A stretch of DNA of 64,000 nt, from NCBI GenBank assembly GCA_046563655.1, contig CM102286.1, positions 806,001-870,000 on the forward strand. Reading direction: 5' to 3'. The position numbers were made by a program, and so were the translations under genes. This stretch comes from Yuukianura sp. NJ FZ-2021. Lineage: Eukaryota. The notes beneath the pieces are model-generated. The model saw only the letters and a list, made by a program, of their open reading frames with translations. It ran no database searches and was not told where the DNA came from. Shown here one piece after another: positions 49,301 to 61,700 of this stretch. Within the stretch, counting starts at the first letter, position 1, and the number at the start of each line of letters is the position of its first letter.

Positions 49301-52300
49301 AAAAAAACTTTCTCTGTTTCCAAAATTCAAAAACTGAAAGCCAATTTTGAACAGGATCTAAAAATTTCCAGGAAAAACCGAAATGTTTGTTTGTATTGTA
49401 CAATTTGCCATTTGCCCCTGTTCCCCAAAGTATCATTTTCAAAATTTTAATTTTTGAAAAACTCAACTCCCGCCAGATGCTGCACAATTGACAATCACAA
49501 TTGAAATCTCCCGCACTTCTAATTTTTCTGCTTCATTAGTCACACTTCTTAATTAACTTTAGACAAACCATTGTTTCCTCCCTCTCGGAACCTTCGACAC
49601 TTCTGCGCAGAAGCCAATTTCCACAGGTTATTAACCTTCAGTGATTCCAATCTGCGCAGACAGTAATTATTTGTTACACAGAAAGTGAATCCAAAGGTTA
49701 GGTTAGCCTAACCTAATGGAAGCCTAACCTAAACCTGTCATCGCTCCCTTCTGATTTATCGTTGGACTTCCATTGTTCTCTCCCATCCAGGAACACTTTT
49801 AGACAAACACAATAGTCGGGGGTCCAACTTTAATTAGATCGAAATGGACGCAGACGCAAACAAATCAAAAACAGAATCAATCCTGCTTACTAATGCACAA
49901 AAACTATGCACAATATGCACTCTCACGAACTTTTGTGCACCACTGGCTATATTTTCCTGCGATAATGCACAAATGAATCATAAACTTCATTTTTTGTGTC
50001 ACTTGAACATTAGTCCAAGTACTGTTCTTGTTTTGCGGTTTTTTGGTTAGTATATATTGTGCCGCAAGGTTGAGTTTTACATGAGGATTACAGAATCAAA
50101 AGATTTCCATCTAAATTGCCAATTTTGAAAAAGATCAAAGTGGAAAATATGCGCCGGAGAAAGCAAAATAAGCGATGCTTTTGTAACAAAGTTTTGTGAA
50201 GTTTTCTCTCCCTTTGATTTTCACTTTATTTTCTATCGCCAGAGTCCAGGAGACTCTCAAGGAAAATGATGATGACGAGGCCTAATTTGGACACAATTTC
50301 ACTTTGTACGACCGTGGGTTCGATTCTCCTCTCTTGATCTTTTTCTACAAAAGGAAAATAGCCTCCAAGCAGTTTTGAGTACGATCTAAATTAGTAGATT
50401 AAACAACTTCAAATACATTTGAGAAGAGACTGTGTTTTGTATCCACAACCGTTTTTGCCTAAAACGCTAAAAAAGAGGACACAAAGGAATAGTAAGTAAA
50501 AGCATAGGCTGAAAATTGGTTTTGAAATTTCGGCACCTGGGGATATGTGAAAGCGAAATTCTAAAATTCTGTGTTTTAGTCACCCCCATTTCTGTTTCTA
50601 GAAAAATCTGGCATTATGCTTTGTCATTCTTACGTGAGTTACGTTGTAATTCTGAATCCACTTTTAAAAAAAAACAGCTTTTTAAAGTTTTGAAAAGTAG
50701 AACACTTTTACTTAACACTTTGACAGCTACTCAATCAAATTCTTGCTTACCTATCACAATTGATTTGTAATGTTTTGCTTTTGAAGTATTGCGAGCCTAA
50801 ATTTTTAAAAAGTTCCAACACCAGATTTTTTTCTGCTCGTATCAATCACACCAAAAAAAAACGCTTACATGTATTCATGTAGTGAAATATAGCTTCACGT
50901 GAATTTTTTTTAAAAAGGAATAAACGATGAGCTGATGTTTTTTTTTGAAAAACTGAACGCACCAGAAGGATTTTCAAACGTTTGATTCTTTTGATCTTTT
51001 TTGAGCATATTTTTTGTGAGAATTGAAAAGTAGAGCATCCTTGAAGTAAGTTTAAGTGAAAGTGGAGATCCATTATGACTAAAACTGGAAGGTGTTGAGT
51101 TTTGAATACTAAAAAGAGCCCGCCTTTTCCCCAGGGTCACACTAGAACCCAGAAAAGTCGTTTTCTGTACGTAAAACCGGGATTTAGGAGACTCTGAACT
51201 GGATAAAAGCAACTAAAAGTTTCTGGCTTCACTCCAGAACGACTTTGCACAAAAAAATTTCAAAACGTGCGAAAACTCCACTCACGCAAAAAATTAATTG
51301 TGCTAAATGACCAAAGTGCCAAAATGATTAGAAACCACTTAACACTTTGATCGTGTTCACCTCACGATCCTTTACGTGTTGTGTCAACTTTGCACAATGA
51401 GAATTAAAATCTGAGTTATCAGACATTTAGAAAGCATTCGGATGTATTTTTCCACTTCACTTTACTTGAAGACTTCATGTCATGGTTCACAATCCGAACC
51501 ATGTCAGATTTTTTTTTTCAAAAAATGTCAGAATCTTTTGTTCGAAAGTTCATAAAATTCTGACATTTCAACCAAAAGCTTTTTCTTTATCAATTGGTCA
51601 CGAACGGCAAAAGTTTGTTTCAGAACTTCATTTTACAGAAAAAAAATTCAATTCTTTGAAATTTCGGAACACAGAAGAAAACTTTGTAGCTTGTACTGAT
51701 GTTCTCTAAAATGAAATTTTGAAAAATTGAATTCAAATTTATTTTCTCACGCTCCCTTGACATAAAATTACTAATTGGAATTTGAATGCTCTCCAATAAA
51801 AAGTGATACAGAATTTTGTAGATGCTTGTGTGAAACTTTTCAAACAAAGTTGGATTGATGACGCCGATTGTCCATGTCATGTTCATTTTCCAGTGGAGAA
51901 GATACGGATACTGCCCAATCGTCGGATACGGATGACAATTCCGATAAAAATTCCATTGTGTGTGGCCCCTTCTCATGCCTTTTTCAAAATATCACTTGCA
52001 TGAATGTGAACCTTGAAGATTTAGTTGAAGATGATTGTGTGACTCTTTTTCGGAGAGTGAATAATAGTCCAAGGGCCCCTCGAAGTCCTTCCAGGGCCCA
52101 TGTCATTTCTATTGTGTCCTTTGGAAAAAATTTCAAGTAAACTTACACCTTCATGTACGAAGTCTCACGAATTTCGAAACGATCCACCTTTTCTACATGC
52201 TTCATCAACAAAATTTACCACGCAGGTCATCAATTTTTGGCGGTGCAGGGCCGCCCGTGTCCAGAAACACAAAATGAAATTGTCGGAAATTTTGAAAAAT

Positions 52301-54426
52301 TCTCAAAAAAAGTTTCGTTTTTTTTTTGGCAGAAGCAAAACAGTGTCCAAATCCGATGATGACACAACAATAGAAAGCTGAAGGAGATAGAAATTGGAGT
52401 GGGAAAAAAGTAATTGGGATTTAGTATTTGTAGGATTCGTCATCGGATGAAAATGGAAAGAATTCAATGCAGCATGAGATTTAATATAGAAGACACTCAG
52501 CTTCCGCTTCACTGAAAACTGAGCCTCTTTTTCAAAGTGCAATCAAATCCATCCCCTGTTCAGAACACACTTTCTTGTTCAGAACAGAACAGAAGCAGCA
52601 CACTTTTCAAAATAAGGTGAGTCATGGACCAAAAACGTTACTTTGTTCAAAGAATTTTGAAAATTCGGAGAATCCGAGAAATTGCAAAACCTAAACAAGA
52701 AGTGAAGTTTTAGTTTTGAAATTTGTGGCAGCATGAAATTTACAAATTTCAAAAAGATTTTTATACAAGAGAACTTTGGTTCTTGGTTTTCCGTGGGAAG
52801 ATTTAAATTAAAATGCAAAAGCTCCCTCTCTCTCTCGCTTTTCACACTCCGTGTGCCTTCATTTCAATTCCAAAGCACAAAAAATGGAAAAGTTGAAAAA
52901 AAAGTTTTTTTCAATTTCACTTTCACCATTTTTTGAAGTGGGGAAAAGAAATTCTCAGGGGATTTTCATTTTTGAGAAACTCAGCCAAGCGAGTAATAAT
53001 TGCGTAAATCTTTAAATTCATTTTTAATTAGAAAGGAATTAGAATGAAAGTTCAAAGTTCTGGTAAATTTAGTTGCAAAGCTGAAATACGGTTTGAAACT
53101 TAGAATTGCAAAAAAAAGTATTTATCTTTCAGAATTTGTGAAATTTTTGCTTTATGCTACTGTTGTTTGCTGGTGAAAAATTACTGCTTGTCACTTTCAC
53201 TTTTGTTTTACAACAAAAGAAAAATGATGATTGACCTCGAGGTCACGCAGAATTGTTTCTACTACTTTCTCCATTTCATTTGCAGAACACGTCAAAATTT
53301 CAAAAAAAATCTCCGTGTGAAACTTTTTTTGAAACAAGGTTGTACTAATGCACTGCATCACGAAATAACAAAAACCACCAAAGCGGCAAACAAGATTTAC
53401 TTTCTACATATGTTTTCCGAATGAGTCAAAATTTTACAAATTTTGGGTGACTTGGATCATTATTCTTAGAATTTCGAAATTTCATAAAGAAATTTTAACG
53501 AAACTTTCTCAAAAAGACTATTCAAAAAAATGTAAAGCATCAATAGAAACATTGCGTTAACACACCGTTAGTCAAAAATCGGCGTTTTTCTTTCAAAAAT
53601 CACCTGGAGTCTGTAAAAAGCTTTACTTTTGTGCCTTGCAGTGACAACCTTACAAAAAAAAAAGTATTTCCCCGCCACCTTTCAACACTGGAATTGTGCA
53701 AAAGGGCCCTTGGATTTCTAAGGGCTAAGGCTAAGTCCTCTACACCTTGAAAAAGTTGGCCATTATCAAATTACTTCTTTTGAAACCATTCATTCGTAGC
53801 CCCTCATCATGTCACCTCACCCAGAAAATGACGCACGACATCCCCTCTTGCCCCATGTCACCAAATTCAAAACATTTTTTGAAAACTAAAAGGTCACACG
53901 AGGGGAATTTAACAAAAGAAACAAAAAACGAAATGAAAAAAAGAATCTTTTTAGAATTGAAAAACTGTTTCATTCTGGATAGTATTAGATTACACTGAAG
54001 TGAACACAGAGGCTTAAGAATTGGAGCTATTTAGATTAAAGATTTTAAATTTCTCAGAGAGATATGTTTCAATTTTTGACATTTATTTTGGTCATATTGT
54101 CAAAAGATATTCTGTTCAAAACTTCACAAGTTCTAAAGATGAAAACACAAATGGGAAAGAAAATATTTTTTCGTTCACCGTGTGACAAAAAGTGCGAAAA
54201 TCGCTTCAACTTGAATACTGTACTATAAGTCATGTTACTTCTTTGTTGGTATTTAGGTAATAAAGCGTTTAAGCCACGAAATGGTGCAAAAAACACATAC
54301 ACTTTATTATACATTCATATTTTTAATGAATTAATTAATTACAACATAAACAGTATAATAAACATGATATACTATATAATACTGCAAACTGAATTCAACT
54401 AATAGGAGCACTACACGATGTGTGAT

Positions 54427-55798
54427 TTAACGGAATGTAAGCAGCAAAGTATTAACATTGTCAATTACAATTGACCCGAATATTGTAAGCAGGAATTCGT
54501 TAGAGTCCAATACAAAACGTGCCCCTACGCGTATAACAAGTTGTTTCTTTGACTTCCAATATCTCCGACTGTAGCGCATTTGTTCGTGAATTTGAAATTG
54601 ACCAGCTCTGCAACACGCAAGTGAATTGGTAGAACAGAGTACTGCCAAGTTTATTATTAATTTAAGTCCAACTGCTAGAAGCAAGCTGGATAGGGCTACC
54701 ACTTGTCCAATCACAATGTGTTCTCTATCTGCAGCCCCAAATTTTATGCAACCGTAGATGGCGAAGATTAGAGCACCCTCAGAAAAACAAAAACCAAATT
54801 CCGTAATATTCGCAAAGACGTCATTCACAAAGGCGTTCAACACTTGATGACCCGAGAATACAGCTTCGTTGACCATTCGCCGTGGTGAGTTTGCAATATC
54901 AATGCATTCACTACAAACACAAAAAATATACCAACTACTTTCTATATTTTATCCCTTTAAATGACATGATAATAATGAAATAAAATAATATATTCGTGTA
55001 TTAAGAAAATACTTCCTTACCTTAAGTGTTTCATCCAGTGGCGCAACGAATTAAGGTATAGGAGTAGCAGCTTGGCATAAAGGTACAGTAAAGATCCTGC
55101 GTAGACCGTGCATAAGCAAGTAATGAAGACCCACAAGCAAACCAATGTTGTGAGTACATACGTGTCAATATTCACAGCTCCAGTAAAATATTTCAAATAT
55201 TGAGCAACGAAAAGGTAGACTGAATTAGTAATTTGATTGTCAGCAAAGGCAAAGAACAGTACGATTACAGGAGTACCAAACATTTGTAAATAAAGATATG
55301 CCAAATACATAAATTTGAACGGGGCCTGGAATTCATCTCCATGTGCAGAATGTTGCGGCACGCCATATACCTTGTCTGTAGATTAAAAATTGTAATGCAA
55401 CTAAATTGAGCTCTGGCATTTAATAGTTAATGTTTTTACTTACGGAGATGATTAAAAAATCGTAACATGGAGGAAATTACTGTAGATATTTCCTTCATGT
55501 AGAGACCGTACCATAGTTGAAATCCACACCATAATCCAGAGGCAAAAGAAAGTGCAACGCAAGCAACGGATATTTGTGGAACGTGTTGGAAGAAAAATGC
55601 TCCACAGGCCCAAACCACAATCATAAGTAAGTTGAACATTAGAGTCAGCGTTATGAACAACTTAATAACGAACAAGTTTTCGCAAGTGACCACCTTATAT
55701 CCACTTTTCGTCCAAACTATTCTGAAGGAATATACTTTGCATTTGAATCCTAAATCGATTGTTTTCAAAGCATAATCCCACGTTGTTTTAGACAACAT
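54427..55798 (-). CDS. Multi-pass membrane chemoreceptor-like protein (gustatory/odorant receptor superfamily-like), 397 aa; exons 55798-55444, 55375-55021, 54910-54427
   Basis: Three hydrophobic ORFs join in frame through GT-AG introns (GTAAGT..TACAG, 68 nt, phase 1; GTAAGG..TGTAG, 110 nt, phase 2). About 7 hydrophobic segments. Size and basic-loop plus terminal-helix C-terminus (WKSKKQLVIRVGARF...IVIDNVNTLLLTFR) resemble arthropod GR/OR-like receptors; the family call is by resemblance only. Confidence 0.75.
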
Positions 55799-58757
55799 TT
55801 TGTGTTTCTTTAAATTTAAATTTGCAGTGTGCCTACAACAACATAGTTCCTTTACTTTTTATAAGAAACTAAAATCCAAGCGAACTAATAGTCATGAGTC
55901 TTTGTGTTATTTTGTCGTTTTTTAGGAATTTTTTTTTTTGGAAAAAATGACATTCGAGAAAATTATAGATTGAATATGTGTAAAATTTCTGCTCTGTAGG
56001 AACAAAAATCATTTACAATTGCGGTTATAACCTAAGAAAAATTGCAGGTTAAATTTATCCAAAAGAATTTGTCCGCTTTCGTCAAATTTTGCTATTTCAA
56101 GTTTAAATTGCATCCGGAGGAAGTATTCAATTATTTTAAAGAAAAATTCTGCCAAACAAATATATGTTTTCAAAATGATCCAACTTTGTGATAAATATGC
56201 CGAACACCTTCTAAGCAACACTTTCATTTCTTTAAATATATTTTCAGTTTTCGGAAACTTGGACACGGGAAATTGTAAATTAACTTAACTGAGCAATCCA
56301 AACTTTTAACGTACATTCAAACGCAGTTTTTGGTATATTTGAGCAATTTCGAATTCAAAATTCTGAACCCATTACTGAAACCCTAAATTTAGCGAATAGC
56401 GAAACTTTTTGAAAGTTTTAAATTTTATCCAGACTTTTTGTTATTGTAAAATGGTTTCTCCAGTGCAGTGTCCAGTCATCGAAATTTTTCTGGCGACACT
56501 ATTTTCCCACGACGCTAAAATGTTTAACGCACGCTCAAATTTGAAACGGTTAACCCAGACGCTTTTGGCGCTAAAAACCGAAAGCCTCTTGCCTACACGT
56601 ATGAATGTTGAATGTGTTTTGTGAATCGTAAAAGATCGGTTCCTTATTACAAAAGAAGGATAACGAAGGGCATGATCACAATTGTAAATCCATCAATATT
56701 TGAGAACAGAAGATACAAAGCTAAATCCTTCATTACTGCCCATTCTTAAGGGCTCCCCCTTTTAAGGCCTCCCTAAAAGGCTCCCTCCTTTCTTAAATTT
56801 CTGCCACATGAATGAGCAATCACTTTGTGAAGTCTCTCTGTAGGGCCCTTAAGGCACCCATGCACTAAAGTACCTCAACCCAAATGGTGTAAACTTACAG
56901 CTCCATGAATATTTTTCAACAAAAGGACAAATGGACAAAAAGAAAAGTGAAAAAAAAGCTTTTAGAAAATTTCCAATTACGCTTGTTGGACTGCTCTTTT
57001 CTCAAAAGAAGTTTCTTAAGCAATTTGATTCAGTGGGTTCATAACTACAAAGATCCAATTTTTCATGGTTTAAAATTTATACGTTTTTGAAAGTTCCCGC
57101 CTTTTCAAAATACGGTTTCAGCTGCCCCTCAAATTTGGAAATTTCATTTGAATTTTTTTGTTTCTAAATCCCAATTAGGCCTCATCATACTCCGATGCCA
57201 CAGTGCAAATAATTTGGTCAGGATTTAGAAGGGAAGAGGATTAGAGTCACTTTCAGAGCTGGGCAAAACCGTCGGGTGCCCATCTCTGGCTGGTTTCAAA
57301 ATTAGTTCAAAGAAGTGTCCCTGGAGAAGTGCCAGTGGCTGGAGATTAAGTTCAAGCTTTTGAAGATGATGAAATTCAAACAACTTTTCAATTGTTTTGT
57401 TTCTTCTCTGTTTGCATTTGAAATGGAAAAAGGGTGAAAGGAGAAGAGAAAAAGAGAAAGTTTTTCATCCCCCTCCTGCTTTCATCCCCTTCTCTTTTTC
57501 ATCCCCCTCAAAAGATAGAATTTTTAGAATTGAAATTGAACTTGGGCACAAAACTAAAATTCAATCAAATCCCAGGGATTCCTCTTTCCAAAATATTATT
57601 TTGACAACTTTTCAAAATCCATGTCACAAAATTTAATTTAAAAGAGAGGGTGGTCCTCAGTCACCAAAAATTGTTGCAACTCGCCCCTTGGCAAGTTGCA
57701 CTTCTGACCTTTGACATTTCTGTTTCTTTTGATCTAATAATCATAATTACTAAAAAGCTTTGAGCTTTCGATATAAATTTTGGTTTAATTTGTATTTACG
57801 ACTGACAGGAGTTTGAAAAAATAACTTTTTTAAAAAAAAATAATGGGTCACCAACTTTTGTCGGCTTAAGGTCAAATGTGATTGAGGCGAAATGAGATGG
57901 AGGGAGACTTAATGTCCAATTCCAGTTACAGAAGATAATGGAAATGGGATGGACTTTTATGTAACTTCGGAAATGGTTACATCTTCCGTTGGTTATGTTA
58001 GCTCTCTCCTTACTTTCATCCATTACATCTTCAAATGTGTAGGAGCTAACAAGATCAAAGTGCAATTTATGTTTCCTAATTTCTTGGTCAGATGGACTTT
58101 TTTCGGTTTTTCCCGCTCCCCTCATTTTCAACTTTTACACTTTTCCGGAGTTCCCTAGGGAAATTCCGATTTTTTCCAATCCTCCCCCGCTCGTGTCCAG
58201 CCAAAACTGGGATTTGAAGGAAAACAATATGAAGAGGGAGATTTTGAAAAAAAAGAAACAATGGAGGGAGAATTGTAATGAGGTTGGAACACAATTGAAA
58301 ATATTTTGGGCTTGAAGTTGCTTTTACCTTTTAGCTCTCTGCACTTCAAATGATATGAATCTCCCCTCATTCTTGCCTCAACGAATCCAAAAGAAACTTT
58401 TTCATTTTGAGGATTTTCTTTGTTCGTTTGTTGAAGAAGATCAAAAGTATACTTTCGAATTTTCTCCCCTCACGGTTTTTTTTTCGCTTTTCGGTATAAA
58501 GGAAAAGAATTTTTGCTTCAAAGTATTTCTCCACACATTTCAAATTTCGTGCCACAAAGAATTTCTCCCCAACAATCAATTTCAAGCTCAAAAAGCTTAA
58601 GACTTTCCCTTACTTTCACTGAAACTCACCCTCTCCCTAACTTAACGCCCAAAGCTTTCAAAGTTGCACCTGAATTTACTCAGAACAGAACCAAAAATTT
58701 TGAAACTTAAATCTAAAATTTGAATTATTTAAATATTCCTTGTTTTTTTTGGAGTGA

Positions 58758-61700
58758 CTATTGATTTGATTGATCGTAGTCGCCATAATAGTCGTAGTAG
58801 ACTGTTTCGTGGTTTTCATTTGAATCTCCATCGTCAACGTAGTAGTACTCTCCAGAATTGTAGGGATGACGACCATGCGTAGAGACGGATTGGTCATTGG
58901 AAAATCGTCTTGTAGCATATCGTGACCCCGTTTCCTGTCCTGTGCCTTGGCGTGTCTTGCCCTTCCTGACCTTGACAACTCTTCGCCTGGTGCCACTCGA
59001 GCCACTTGACCCACCGTCCCGCCCGCCAGCAGCCCCACCTTCTCCGTCTGAAACAGTCACAGAATTGTATGAGGTATGTTTGATCTAAAGTATTTTTTCA
59101 AAATCAAGGCAAAACAATTACGCCTGCCAGCATGGTTGCGCCTTCGAGTCTTGCGCAGAATTTTTCTGGAACTTCCATGTCTTCTGTCTCCCGAACCTCG
59201 CACAGCATCAGTCCATCCACCACGATTTTGTTCCGACTCTGATCTGCTAACTTTTGATTCCTCACCAGTTCTGCTTCTTGATCCGGATCCAGTCGCTGAT
59301 TGGCTCTCGCCGGTCTGAGCTGCAGTTCCTGATTGGCTGCCAGTTGTCTGAGCTGCAGTTGATGATTGGCTGCCACTCGTCTGAGCTCCAGTCGACGATT
59401 GGCTGCCACTCGTCTGAGCTCCAGTCGATGATTGGCTGCCACTCGTCTGAGCTCCAGTCGCGGATTGCCTGCGACTGGTCTGAGTTGAAGAGACTTCAGT
59501 ATCTTCATCAGTTACAACCTCAGCGCGTTGGCCATTCTTTGATTTGCCAGTTGGTGACACTGGAACCCAACCTTCGCTTGAATCTACATACATATATTCC
59601 GTCTGCGTCACAACAACCTTCTTACGGCGGCCCTGTTTCCTTGGTCGAATATACTTTCGCCTCACAACTTTTCTTGTACGTCCCGAACCGCGGCGGGATT
59701 CGCCATCATGTTCTCGCTGGTTTCCGCCTTGCCGTCTTATTGAAGTCCGGTTGCTCACAGATACAGTTTCGTAATCACCCTTCTCATTTGCAGTCGAACT
59801 TCCTTGCCCGGTGGAATCGACGACGTTGACGTTACCTTCTTTTTTGTTAGCGGATTGGTCTGATACGGTTTTGCTTTCTCCAATTTGCGATCCTACTTGT
59901 TCGGTACGAGATGAACTGTATTTACCGCTGCTAGCCTGTTGACCTGAAGCTGTAGATGAATCTGTTCCAGTTTGCGATCCTACTTGTTCGGTACGCGATG
60001 AACTGTATTTACCACTGCTAGCCTGCTGACCTGAAGCTGTGGATGAATCTGTTCCAGTTTCCGATCTTACTTGGTCGGTACGCGATGAACTGTATTTACC
60101 ACTGCTAGCCTGCTGACCTGAAGCTGTGGATGAATCTGTTCCAGTTTCCGATCTTACTTGGTCGGTACGCGATGAACTGTATTTACCACTGCTAGCCTGC
60201 TGACCTGAAGCTGTGGATGAATCTGTTCCAGTTTCCGATCTTACTTGCTCGGTACGAGATGAACTGTCTTTACCACTGCTAGACTGCTGACCTGAAGCTG
60301 TAGATGAATCTGTCTCAGACTTAACTGTTTTTTCTTCAGTTCTCTCACGGTACACCTCCGAACCTTGTTGAGTGTTTTGGTCTTGTTTTGTGATACCGCG
60401 GCCTTTACCAGTGATCGAAGAATTCTTGGACTCATGGACCGTAGTAGTAGACTCGTCTGTGGTGCTTGTCGTTGCAGAATCAGATTCGTCTGTCACGTAG
60501 TAGAATTTGACTTTTTTCTTTTCTGGTTTCGGTTTCGGTTTCTTGTGGAGCACTATAATTTCTTCCGTTGTCTCCGATTCATCAACATTTTCTTCTTCCT
60601 GGACAATTTTTGTGTATTTAGTTGAAGACTTCGCAGTCTGTCGGTCCTTTTCGTTAGTTTTCGCTGTAGATCCCTCGCCAGTTACCTCAGTTTTGGTGGT
60701 CACGACCGTGGTGTTGCGGTCAAAATTTCTTTGATCTTCCTCCTTGCCGCCGGTTTGGTTGGTTTTTTCAGTAGCGCTTGTGTTAGTCGTTGAAGCTTTT
60801 TCCTTAGCGTTAGTTTCGGTTACCATTGTGGAAGTGGAGCGACCTTTGCCTTGTTTTTTCTGATCTTCAACTTCTACTTTTTCTACAACTACTTCCTTTT
60901 CCTTGGCGCCATCTTTTTTCACTTCTGCGGTTTCTGCACCACCGCCACTGCCACTATTAGATGAAGTCGTGGTTTTCGTTTCAGTAGTGACATCTTTCGT
61001 CGCACTATCTTTATCCGATTTTTGGGTTGCAGAATTTGTAGTACCCTTGCCTGTGTCACTTGTGCTTGTAGTTGTGGTTATGGTTGTCGTCGTGACGGTA
61101 GACCCGGATTCTGGGTCATTTGATGTGGCACTTTTAGCTGAGGTTGTACTCTTTGTTTCATTGGTGGTGACAGCTCCCTTTTCCATTTGGGTATAATTAC
61201 CAGATGCTTGGCTTGTTGCGCTTTTAGTACCCTTGCTGGTGGCGCCATCTATGGTGGTGTTGGATTCCTGTGTAGACTCAGATGATTCTACTTCATATTC
61301 CTCAACAATTTCCTCGTAACTTCTGTCATTGTAACGTGGATTTTTCGGTCTGCGTGGTCTGCCAATAGGTTTTTTCTCCTCAGTTTCTTCTTCAAACACT
61401 TCTTCTTCAGTTATGATTTGCTTCGAACCCGTTTTGCCTTCACGCCATTTACCACGTCTATCTTTCTGGTTGCTGCCCCCTTTACCATTTCTGTCAACCT
61501 TGGTGTCAAACTTTTTGCTTATCGTAGTCGAACGTCCACTTGAACGTCCTGTTAAACCGCTTTTTCCTGTCTTTCCGTCATTGACGTCCTCGCCATATTC
61601 AACTTCCTCCTCTTCATAATATGCCACATTTCCTTCATCTTCTTCTTTGGTTTGAGAGGTTTTTCCCCGGCCGTCACTTTTCCCATATTTAGGGCCTTTA

